From Podarcis muralis (Eukaryota), in assembly GCF_964188315.1 (NCBI RefSeq), contig NC_135659.1, forward strand, positions 39,060,001 to 39,124,000: a stretch of 64,000 nucleotides of DNA, written 5' to 3'. Positions within the stretch are counted from its first letter, which is position 1. Each line of letters begins with the position of its first letter. The notes under the pieces were generated by a model. It made no database searches. It was not told the origin of the DNA and saw nothing but the letters and a program-made list of their open reading frames with translations. The translations under genes and the position numbers were made by a program. Below are positions 14,801 to 26,800 of the stretch, one piece after another.

Positions 14801-17800
14801 AGTTCAGAGCAGTGAGCTAACAAACCAAAAGGGGTGTCTAGACACGGAAGATACACAAAGACCCCTCATGCCCATTATTTCTCAACCCCATAACTCCAGA
14901 TTGGATTATTGCAATGTGCTCTACATAGAGCTGCCCTTAAAGGCAACTCAGATACTTGTCTCACCTATTTCACAGACTTTAGGCGGCTCTCAAAATATCA
15001 GTGAAAATCAGTAGTGCTATTTATAAAGATACATCTGAATAGTTCTTAAATGTAAGAATATTTCAGTGTCTTAATGCAGAAAATAAGGATGTTGCATATG
15101 GATCCTTTACTAAATTGCACCATTCCTGCACGTGATCCTTTCATGAATTTCAGTTGTTGGATTGGAATTACCTGAGCACTACACAACAGATGGTAAGCGC
15201 TGTCGACTCTGACACTGCTAATCATCAAACAGATATGAATATGTGAAACAGAATCCAACACTTACTTTGGATATGTATAAATACATTTAAAGGGTTTGAA
15301 AAAGTTCTACAAGCACTAAATCACATTGCCAATTGAACTAGAGTGCTCTTATATTGAGCTGAAGTAGCAATGTTGTTACCCAAAGGCATTTTTGTAGCAT
15401 ATACTGTAGTATTTAAATTGAAAATGGACTTCTACATGCTATAGGCTAGGCAAAAGCTATACAGAAAACACTACCCTCTGTTCAAGTCACAGCACAGAAA
15501 TTTGCCTTAAGATGATTTACTCTGTGTGCTTGAACTAGAATTCTTATATTAAAATTCTCTTAAAATCATTGAGTTGGAGCCTAAGAACACTGATCAGAGT
15601 TCCATTCACAGATTATAGCTTCCCTACTTCCTTCTTCCCGCTTCAGCTTACAAAAAAGGGGCCCCTCCAGAACAGCACTGGATATGTTCGGGAGGGGGCT
15701 GAAGCTCGAGGGGAGAATTGACATAAGCAGAAGTGCCTTTCTTCTGGGGTTAGGTGCTGCTGGATTCACACTACAGATCTAGTTGTCCAGAAATAGCAGC
15801 AATGAGAGTCAGATTAGCAGATGCTTTGTTAGCTAGACATCCTTCAGTAGTGAAATGCATGAGGCACGCTACAGAAATATTTTTAAAAAATTGTTCATAT
15901 ATAAGCAGCAATACGGCTCTCTGAGAGAGCCTTATGCTACTTAGATCAATTGAAAACCCATCACCTGTTAAAGCAATAACATCTTTCAAATATGTTTCAA
16001 TATAACAGAAATATATACATAGCCAAAATTTTGCAGAGTTGTGTAGTGTCAGAACAAATCAATTTAAGTTTATTATTTACACATTACTATGCAACATTAT
16101 GTTAGTATCCTTGTCCAAAAACATGTTCAGTGTTGCATCTCCCTATATTAACAAGAAATGAAACTAAACAACACATGAATGTATACAATATCCATACCCC
16201 AGGCAGTGTTTGAAGTGAATTACTGTCCATCCATAATTCCTTTAGATTTTGAACCTGTTCCAGAACCTCAGGCTGTAAAAAAGTATATTTTATAAATATA
16301 ACATTTATGCAAACCAAATGATATTTTAATTATTTCCAAGTGATTACCTTTTGCAAACAAAATCAGAATAGAACTATAGTTCTTTAATCTGATTACTTCA
16401 TCATTTTCTTTAAGGTTGTACTTATAAGTGATTATTATGTTAAATATTACAAGTCACATTTCTGAGTGTGGTTTGGTCTAAATCCATCTACCAGGATGGA
16501 TCAACTAACACTGAGAAGAAGCAGCACAGAGAAGCAATGGTCGATTTAGTATTTCAGAAACTCTGAACTGTCAGGTATTAGGAGTTAAGGCTTTTATTCT
16601 CACAGCTTCTGTGATGCTGCTGGTTTCTGAAGCAAGATCCTACATATCGATCAACCCTTCCCCATAAAGTCACACAATCCAGAGTATCATTATTATTATC
16701 CCTGTCTGTGGACATAAAATATTTCATCATTAATTCCTTTTATTACCAATGCAAAGCAGGATCCTATGCAGCTTTTACATGTATGGAAAGCAAAATAGTA
16801 GAGTTACTCGTTTCTGCATGCAGCACAATTCTCATAGTGGGAACTGAGGAAAAGTGCATTGATATACTGAATGTTACTGAACATACATGTTTTGTTATGC
16901 TTTTTAAAACAGGTTTTTCTTACCAACTCAGAAAATTCATTATTGCCTAGGTCAAGCCTCTCTAGCTGTGTCAGTTTGTGCATTGACCTGTAAAAAACAA
17001 AAGATAATACAGTAATGTTACAATTTTACTGCAATTATACTATACACAGTGGCAAAGGTTGCATGTGCTGTTACATTAAATTTTAGAGGTAGACAGCGCA
17101 TATTGGATAGAATAAAGGACATATTAGACAGGACAACAAACATTTTTGTCACATTGTTTATAATTAATGAAGGAATTCATTTTTATTTCAATATATGAAC
17201 AGCAACGTCTACAATAAACTATGATAAATGAATCTCCCTAAAGCTGATTTTAATCAGTTTTAATATTCTTATTATTTAATTATTTGTACCCCACCCATGT
17301 GACTGTTCCAGCCGCTTTGGCGGCTTCCAACAGATATAAGAACACAATGAAACATCAAACATTAAAAACTTATAGAGGGCTGTCTTCAGAGGTCTTCTAA
17401 AAATTGTATAACTATCAACTTACTTACATAACGTAAGCAAGAAATCTCCATAGTTAGGAGCCTGATTAGCATTCCAAGGCATACAGGATGGTCCCAGTTT
17501 ATTTAAATGGAAGATTCAGTTCTGAAGATGGAAAGCCCCTGTGGGTAGGAGGATTCATATGCACAATCTAGCTCCAGCACTTACAAGGAAATGCTGGATC
17601 AGAGTGCATGTTGCAAAACATCTGCAAATGGAATAAGTTTCTCAAATGAACAGTATATTAGCTTTTATTTAAGAGTCCTATAAAGGCCATGTTCTATTAC
17701 TACTTGGTGGAAATCCTAAGAGTGGAGAAGGATGTTGTACTCAGGCTCTCTTTGCAGGTTTCTCATCTTATTGGCCTACGTGAAAATAGGGTGCTGGACT

Positions 17801-20800
17801 AGATGGGCCTTTGGTCTGATCCAGCATGGCATTCTTATAAAAAGAATTCTGCCAAGTGAAAGTTATCTTTGTCACCACCCTTCAGTGGCCTGGCACTGTG
17901 TGATTTGGAGTAAAGAGGCGGGAAGGCACAATTTCACATATTGCTTTGACCCAGCCAGTCAACCAACTGTCAGGTAACATGAAAAACAACAACAACAAAT
18001 CAGACATTACAAAAACATTCCTTCCAGTAGCACCTTAAAGACCAACTAAGTTAGTTCTTGGTATACACTGTATCTGAAGAAGTGTGCATGCACACGAAAG
18101 CTCATACCAAGAACTAACTTAGTTGGTCTTTAAGGTGCTACTGGAAGGAATTTTTTTGTTTTGACTATGGCAGACCAACACGGCTACCTATCTGTAAATC
18201 AGACATTAGGCATTCATTAAAGGTAACAATGATAAGCCAATTAAACCCAAGTACCTAGCATTAAACTACCCAAAGTTTATAAGCAATGTAATGCACACTA
18301 CACAGACAATAAAAACATAAAAACAGAAAGCTGGTAGCAAGTTTCATATGGGTGCTGTGAAAAAAGTGCATGTGTGAGTGATAACAATCCCACAACAAAA
18401 GCTTGTCTGTAAGCAACCATCTAAAAATTTACTAATTGGGTTTGACTGGGTAATCTCAGTTTGTTTATATTTCTTATTAACCAAGCATTGTAGATGTATG
18501 CCTCCCTTAAAGGAATAAGCTACACCTTATAAAATACATTTTCACAGGATTAGCTTTTCTGTTCTTCTTCTTTTTGGAACATTGCATTTATGGGTTGCCC
18601 CCAAATTTAGTTTCATCCTTAATGAGTTGAAAAATCTATTGTAAGCTATGATATCACGTTGATACTCAACTTAGTCATTAAATTTTGAAAACATATTTTG
18701 CAAATTATTCAGTATTTATAAATAGTACAGAGATGAGACACAAACAATGTTGCAGCGTTAATACTTCCCCCTTTGTGAATACTAAAAATAAATCATGAAG
18801 GAATTTGTAAGCCATACTGTCTTTTGTTTAGTAGTAGTTTCATCATTAACAACGGATACTAATGAACGGACAATGACTGGCTTGAGGGGGGGAAAACATT
18901 TTTGAGTTTCAAGGGTACTGTTTTTTATATAAGACTGATACATTTAATGAATCCAGTTCTGCTTGTCCAAGTACATTTCCAGAGTAATGTATAATGTGCC
19001 CATACATGTAAATAACAAACAGAAAACAAAAATACCATATGCCTCTTGGGTACCTTCTTCAAAAAGGAAACTGATGCTGTAAAAAAGAGTCTTGAACTTT
19101 CCATTGTTCAAGAGACAGCACAGAACAATATTTTTTATTTCTTTGAAAGCTTAGAAAAATAAATAAAGTTCCGCTCCTTAAACGTTAAGTTCCTTCTCTG
19201 AGGCAATTACCACAGCTAAAAACAGACCAACAAGATTCTTATGGCTAGCCTTAACTAAGCATGAGGGGCAGGCATGTGACAAGCAAACTGTCAGTCAAAT
19301 TTCTCCAAGTATCTTGTCAGCTTCCTTTATTATAACCTACAGAATGAATAAAACCTGAAATAAGATGCTTCATTATTAACAATTTTGGATTTGTGCCTGC
19401 AATATATCAACTGAAATTTGTTATACGAGTGCTATTTCTCTTTCTACTTCTGCCATTTCGTTTCATTATTTTGAAAGCCTTGTGTGCTGCTGTCAAGTTG
19501 AGACTTAAATTCAATGGTAGCATGGCTTGAGCTAGGCATTTCTTTGCCTTAAATAATTAATCTGGGGTTTATACTCCATTTGTCATTTATAATTGCAAAA
19601 TGGTTTGGTAACTGCTGTCCCTCGGCTTACAACCTTTTGAACCTTCTAACCATTTTTATGTTATAGAAATTCAGGAACACTATGGAACAGCCTTACATAA
19701 GGCATGCATCTAAGTAATAACTACCACTATACTAATGCAACCAAATGCTGGCCTTGCTCTTTGAAATGGGATATAGAATCAGTGCCATAGAAGAGGCAGT
19801 AATGAGCATGCATATGTATGGATTCAGGGATCTCAAGACTTCATGGGAAGATGATCACGATTGCACAGGTGTAGGGATAGTTCACAGCACTGGCCATCTA
19901 CTCATTCTATGACAGCTGGCTTCTGCTGGAGGCAGAAAGCAACGTGGAAGTTGCTGAAAGTAAGTAAGTTTCTATCATACTTATGTGTGTAGAAGAAATA
20001 ACATACTGTTGAATGGTGAGATGTTGGCAGCAGTAGTGATGACAAAGTGTGAAAATAACAAGAAAACAGTGCCCAACCTGGTGATATTCTAGTAAATCAT
20101 GCAGAGAGGGAGCTTCAGCCCAAGAAAAGAAAAGAGGCAGTAAGGGAACACCTAGCTACTTTAAATGAATTCAAAGCTTCGAGGTCTGATGAAATATATC
20201 TGACGATACTAAAGGAACTTGCAGATGTAATATCAGAGCCTCTGTCTATAATCTTTGAGAATTCTTTGAGAATAGGTGAGGTCCCTGGGGACGGGAGGCA
20301 GGCAAATGTGGTCCCCAACTTTAAAAAGGGGGAAACCCAGGCAACTACCAACTAGTCAGCTTGACACTGATGCAAGGAAAAGTGTACACTCAAAAAAGGA
20401 TGCTGTGATTACTAAGAACTAGCACATCTTTCTCAAAAACAAGTCATACCAGCCTAATCTTATTTCCATTTTTGAAAGAGTTTCAAGATCAGTGGATCAG
20501 GGAGATGTAATGTATCTTGATTTCAACCCAAGAAGAATAATCCCACATCAGATAGAGAAGGATATTAGGAGGCAAAGAGTTTGTTAAAAATTGACATTAA
20601 CACACAAGCACACACACACAGCCAGGAGGTACTCAGAAAGTTTGCTTATCTGTAACTGTAGTTCTTCAATGAGTGATCTGTGCAGAGACATATAGGTTTT
20701 GTGCCTGTGCAGACTTGTTTTTCAGATTTCTTGAACTTGGTTAGTGTTTTGGCAGGCTGCTTACCCCAGAGTGTGCACACTCAAAAGGGCATGGCCCCCA

Positions 20801-23800
20801 CTTTCCTGCTCAATTCCTAATGGGCTGCGCGCAGTGGCTATACAAAAAAAGTGAGCAAGAGCAGGCTATATGAATAGCAAACTAACTTACCAAAGGCTGG
20901 AGAGCTGCCTAGAAAGCTTTGGGTTCAGCACAGCCCTTCCAGAGGAGCATCCATTCTGGATCAAACATCAAGTCTGTAGTACCAGATGAACATAGAAAGC
21001 TGATGTAGTAACCCTTTGAGATGAAGCAATAGTAACCAGGAAAGGCAGCTTAAATATTAAGTGCCATAATCAAAAGTAGTAAGAAGCTCAAAGCAAATGG
21101 GTTAGCCCTGAGTTGAAGCAAAATAACTGAAAAACTGAATTTGGACTGCAAGCTTTTCAGTACTATGGTCAGCCATAGATGAAAACATAAGAATATTCTT
21201 TCTCGTCCATGCTAAAGATAAGAATGTATATTGATGGAAAGTGCTCTGATGAATTCAGGCCAGTGCATTAATACCAAACAGGAATTCCCCGCATTTACAC
21301 AGAGTTCCAAGATGTCAAGAAGACTCAGCATTGTGGCAAGATAGTTGGCCAATTGGTCTGAAGTTGGAGTGGTCAACCTTGCTCCACCTTCCATGTAACA
21401 GCCCTTCAACTATTTTAAGATGGCTATCATATCTCTCAGAATTCTCTTATCCATGGGCTAAACATACCCAGCTCCCTCAACTGCTCCTCAGAAGGCTTGG
21501 TTTCCAGACCCTTCATCTTCTTAATCACCCTCCTCTGCACACGTTTCAGGGGATGCAATGGATCAATGAATGCATGGAGGGAATGTCAAATGAATGTACC
21601 TACCTCTTGAAATTTCAGACAGAGATTCCCCAGCTCCCCTAAGAACATTTAGCACAATCTTTGATGTCTGGGTACTTGTTCCACTGCTGCCATTTAGATG
21701 AGTATCAATACCTCTAAAGGAGGAGAGGTGGGGATAAAGTGAAAGACTCTGTCTTGAGGAAGAAAGTCAAACACTAGCAGCCACTGGCCAGTAATGAGGG
21801 AAGACCACACAACAACAAAAAACACCCTTAGCTACTTGCTAAACACTGGCAAAATGATGAAGAGAAAAATGATGAAGAGAAAGTCAAAGCTGATATCTGG
21901 AAGAGTCTGATGTTTTATGTTACTTGAATAACTTCCCAACTGAAAAGCTTTTCTTCACAGAGTACAAAGAGGTCTGCTGGGAAGCCTCTGTAGCTAGGGA
22001 GGTAGGATGACCGGAAGAGGCCCTGTGCCAAAGCAAACCTTGACCAAAGCAAAACTTGTATACTGTTGTGTTGTGAAATCCATATCACAAGCTGTCTTGC
22101 AGAGTTTTTGTCCTCTATCCAAGGCATCAACTGCCTTTTCCAAAAAAAGGCCTAAGCCATGGTAAGTTTTGAACCACAGTTCTAGCATCCTATGTCAGTC
22201 CAGAGAAGTGCACCTAAGCATGTCCATGGATGCGCTTGTCAATGTTTCTGACATACAGTCAGGAGTATGGATTTGCTGTTTGCTTCCTGTTACAAAACTT
22301 GAGACGTGTTCACCTCCATTGTTTGGAAGATAACCAGAAAAGGAGGATGCCTTGTCCCACAAAAAATGTTGATATTGAGATATGCACACCATGTAGCTGG
22401 CACTGCACAATGACAGTGCCACTATGGAACACAATTTACTGTCTATGATAGCCTGTGTCCTATTCTCCATTATCTGTATGTGCAGTATGAGATGCAATAT
22501 GTAAGTTTCACCAATGACCAAGTAAGGCGAAGGATGCTTGAAGAGGAATTCTCAATCCTTTTCTTAGACCTGATAAAGCAGAGCTGGGGAACCTTCTTCA
22601 GCCCACTTTATGGGACAACTTTGCAGGAAAAGCCAGCTTTAGAGCCATTCAGCAAAAATGTTGAGAGCGATGCCACAAGACGTATGAGTAAACCAAACCA
22701 AATTTAAACACACAATGTAAAAAGAGAATAAATACAAAATAAAATCACAAGAAGAGAAGAAAGAATAAGTGGCAATCATCTATTTATTTTGCCATGTGAG
22801 GATGAAGAAATAGCCAGGAGAAATCTTTTCATTATGTTTCAGCTGTACCTGTAGAAAAGAAAATGACTGGGAAGGCAGGAGCCACATACCCTTGAGAATG
22901 CGCACCAAAGAGTGGCGTGGGTGATGGCATGTCTAGTTCTAGATTTTTAAAAAATGATGTATTTGGGAGTGCAGATCCCATATATTTGTGACTGCACAGA
23001 TACTAAGAGAAACTTATAATTATAATAAATTTAAAAGGAGGTCACAGAGAAAGCAGATTGCTTCCCACAATTCAATGATTGGAACACATGCCCCCCCCCC
23101 CCCGGGAATATCACACATATGAAAGAGTGATCCATTGTTAGAAACTTACTGGTTTTCCAAAACACAATAATCACAACAGAATTCAATAAAAATACAACAG
23201 AGTCTGCAACAGAATATTTTTGGACTCCTTATATATGCATTATATATTAATCTTGAGCTACTTAAGTCAGTAGATCCTATGTACTCATTAGTATAACATG
23301 GCACAAGCATCAAAATATCCATATGGAAAAATAAACATATTACAAAGTTATATACTAGGCATTCTTTAAATTAGTGAAAATAGTCTCACTTTAATGGTAC
23401 ACTACAAATGACATATTTGATTTGCAGTTTGATCCAACACCAGAATAAAGTGATATCAAAATTATTATTTTATGCAATAGAACAATTGCTAAAGGTAAAA
23501 CCGACAAGGAGCTTCTTCACATTTCACCTTGAAGCTCATCAGTTTCATCTCCCACGTGATGGCCACTAAACAAATTACACAACATCAGACATTGGTTTGC
23601 CAATTAGTTTCTACTTGACAAGGGGAGGAATTCAATGTAGCACTATGGCAATCATCCCATCAGCTCAAGCTTTTCAACTTGCTGGATTGAACAATCTCCT
23701 CTTTTCCCCTGTGTGCTGTTCTGGGGTTCTCCTGGCCTCCCTTCTCCAGCAAATTTCAATGAAAGGCTGTGCAATAGGGAGGAAGCCCCAGTGTGCTAGC

Positions 23801-26800
23801 AGGCACCCTTATACTTGCTTTTACTAGAGAGACTTGTTAGCTGAATCCTGCCCAGGAAATTGCAGAGAATCTTGGCTCTCTGGTTTAGTGCACCTGAATG
23901 ATGCAGATATTTTAAGCATCCATTTGCTGTGTTCACACTTTATCATTTTAGTACGTACATTTAATTCTCAGGTATAACCATTCTCTGGAGAGGCACCTCA
24001 AATCACAATGGCCTATTTAGCCAGAGGCAAGGACTGTATATTCCAAGAATATATTGCAGTTAGTGTCTATCTGGGGGGAAATGTCATAAAACTGAAGTCC
24101 CTTCTTGAGAGCAGCCTCTTGCTACTTTCTCTCTGGTAATGGACTGGAAGCATAGTTGAAGAAAATATGTCATATCCCATTTCTGATATGCTTCCCAACA
24201 TACAGAGGCAATTGTGCAGGGATGCAGGAGGGCGGAAAAGGTCCCTTAGAAGACATCTGAAATGCTGTTCATATTTCAGTTTTGACTAGTACCATTTAGT
24301 TATTGTGCAGGTAGTTCAAACCTGATTTAGTTTGTCATTTCTATTTGTGAATTTTTTTAACATGGGTCCACTTGCTACTGGGAATTCTACACTTTTTAAA
24401 AATAAAAGTTGTTCATATCATTTGACCTATAACCAGCTTACAGTTCTCTATGTTAATGACATGCACCCACTGCAATAGCTATATGAACTCCATTCCTGTC
24501 TTTAAATATAAAAACTGCTACACTTTATATTCACATACACATCTAACATTCTCAATATTGCAACTCACACTTCAAATGGTGCCAATGAATGTGTACACCA
24601 ATCAGTAAAAAAAACCAAAAACATACATGTGAACACATCTACAGATGCACATAACTAATGAATCATATCTCTGTTGCAATACTATATATAAATTTCTATC
24701 AAGATATTATGACTAATACAAACTAAAAAATAGAGCCTATTTAAAATTTTATAAACATAGTGCAGTTTCTGTACAGAAGATCATTCAAACATAAGAACAT
24801 AAATCAACAATGTACCTAAATCATAAGTTACTTTAGAGATATAGGAAAACATCTAAAAGTCACTCCTGTGTTGGAAAACAACAACATCAAAAGGACTTAT
24901 CCCTCTGTCTCTGCACAAATCAGAGCTATTTTAGACAGTCTAGAATAGTGTTGAGAATAAACTTGAGTGACTTTGGCTTCTTTTCTCCATTTTCCATGTC
25001 TTACTGAAAGGAGATGCATATATTCCCTGAGGGAGATGTACCTTCTCCTGATTCAGAGGCACAATGCATTTCCCCACCAGCCCTATGGCAAACAGGATAT
25101 GCATTTATGTTCCCTTCAAATAAGACTGGAAACATTTGATTAAACAGCGCAAATCACTCATGCTTCTTCCCCGGAGTGTCTGAAGTGTCCTTTCAGACAC
25201 ATGCCTGCGCCTGACTTGGAAGTAAGCATTAGCAGAAGACCTTCTGATATTCTGCCATTAATGATTGTTATTAATTGGCTATGAGAGAAAAAGTATTTTC
25301 AGAAGCAATTTTAAGTGACAGGACTAAAGGCTTTAATAGAAACTTAACATCTTACCTACAGTTTTCCTACATTTAAACTAACACAACTTTAAATTTGTTG
25401 GTTCTGTTAATGATTATACTACTATTATTTCAGTGGCTGCATCGGCTACATTACAAATTGGTAATATTGATCTTCAAAATGTATGGCTGTGAATTGATAA
25501 AATTCCTGGGAATTGGCCCAGTGTATGTCTAAGCAGAAGTCCAAGCATGGGCAGATTCTCTTCTCATGACCATGCAAAGAAAATGCGAATATACTAAAAC
25601 ACAGCAAACATTTGCATAAAGGTCAATATAGTAAAAGGCAGCCTTCATCAGCATGTAGTATCCCCAAACTGTTTTGGTTTCATAGTATAGTGTGGGAGAA
25701 CTACCTCAACACAGTCTATTCGTGCTGATGCTCCTGATGCTGCCATTTCAGGTGCTCGAAAAGCTGTTGCCTTCACATCCTCTGCTGTTGGTGCCATTGT
25801 ACTCTCCCAGGCGATGGGGCAAGGGGCACACTCTGGATCTTCAAATGCTAAGATGAGAAAAATCAATTTCAATGCCCAAAAGATGGAACTGCTGGAGTAG
25901 AAGAGGTGTCTAAAACTACCAAATGGCTTATGGCACTTAAGAGAGCACTAACTTATAACATTAGGAAATAATTTGAAATTAAATTTTCTGCACTTCTTAC
26001 TTAATCAACTTAAAATTAATTTGGAGGGTGATGAAAATATATTTTGGTGTTTCCTGCTTGATTAAAGTCATTTAGGCCCAAGTTCAAGGGCAAAGAAAGG
26101 AGAAAAATAGTATTCCTTGCAGGGAAATGTTTTCTGAATACCTCAACTTAGTGAAAATGTTCTTCCAAATATTGCATAATATCATTCAGTCATGAAGGAA
26201 AGTAACCTAGAGCACTAAAGTAAAATCTTAGTTTTTAGCCCAGACCCTTATATATAATGTTTGATTTTGTGAATTCACCACTATGTGATTAACATGTGGC
26301 TAATCTTCCTTATGAATGAACCTTTACATGGTGAAATCTATTATCTAAACTGAAAGGGATGCCCAAGGAAAACTTAAATTCTTCCTAACGCTTTAAATAT
26401 CAGATTTCATCATAAAGAAATATTAAGCAAATAAGTTCTAAATACAAACATTACAAGAACAGGGATTCTACTATTAGACAAGTCTAATGTGTGAAAACAT
26501 GTTAGGCATATTTTCCTCCACTTGTCCCATCGCCTACAGGAAGTGTCTACATTTTATTTGAGACCCTTATCTTTTTCACTTGCCCACAATGAGTATCAAT
26601 AGCATAGTAAACAGGTGAATATTCACTTGCATATTCTCATAGCCATACCATTTCATTCTGTCTATCACAGCACTATCCTATACAAGTCCACTTGGAAATA
26701 CTATTGAGTTGGTATAGAGTTGACGTCCTCCTTAATTTTCACCCTTTTTTCTGAACTCATGCTCTATCTTTATTAATGCAGGTTTAGTTTTAATTAAACT

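Noticed and set aside
14396-16197. U12-type (minor) intron as an explanation for the weak acceptor
   Set aside because: The donor is GTATGGAT rather than RTATCCTT, and there is no clear TCCTTAAC branch site.
18010-18195. Palindromic insertions as DNA-transposon MITEs or pre-miRNAs
   Set aside because: The TSDs are 13-14 bp and variable, there is an asymmetric 3' tail outside the arms, and the breakpoints differ between copies. This fits retrotransposition with 5' inversion, not TIR elements.
25648-25872. 74-aa ORF as a duplicated LRRC7 exon (QQQRM resembles the downstream EEQRQQRM)
   Set aside because: There is no extended nucleotide or protein similarity. It is kept only as a cryptic-exon candidate.
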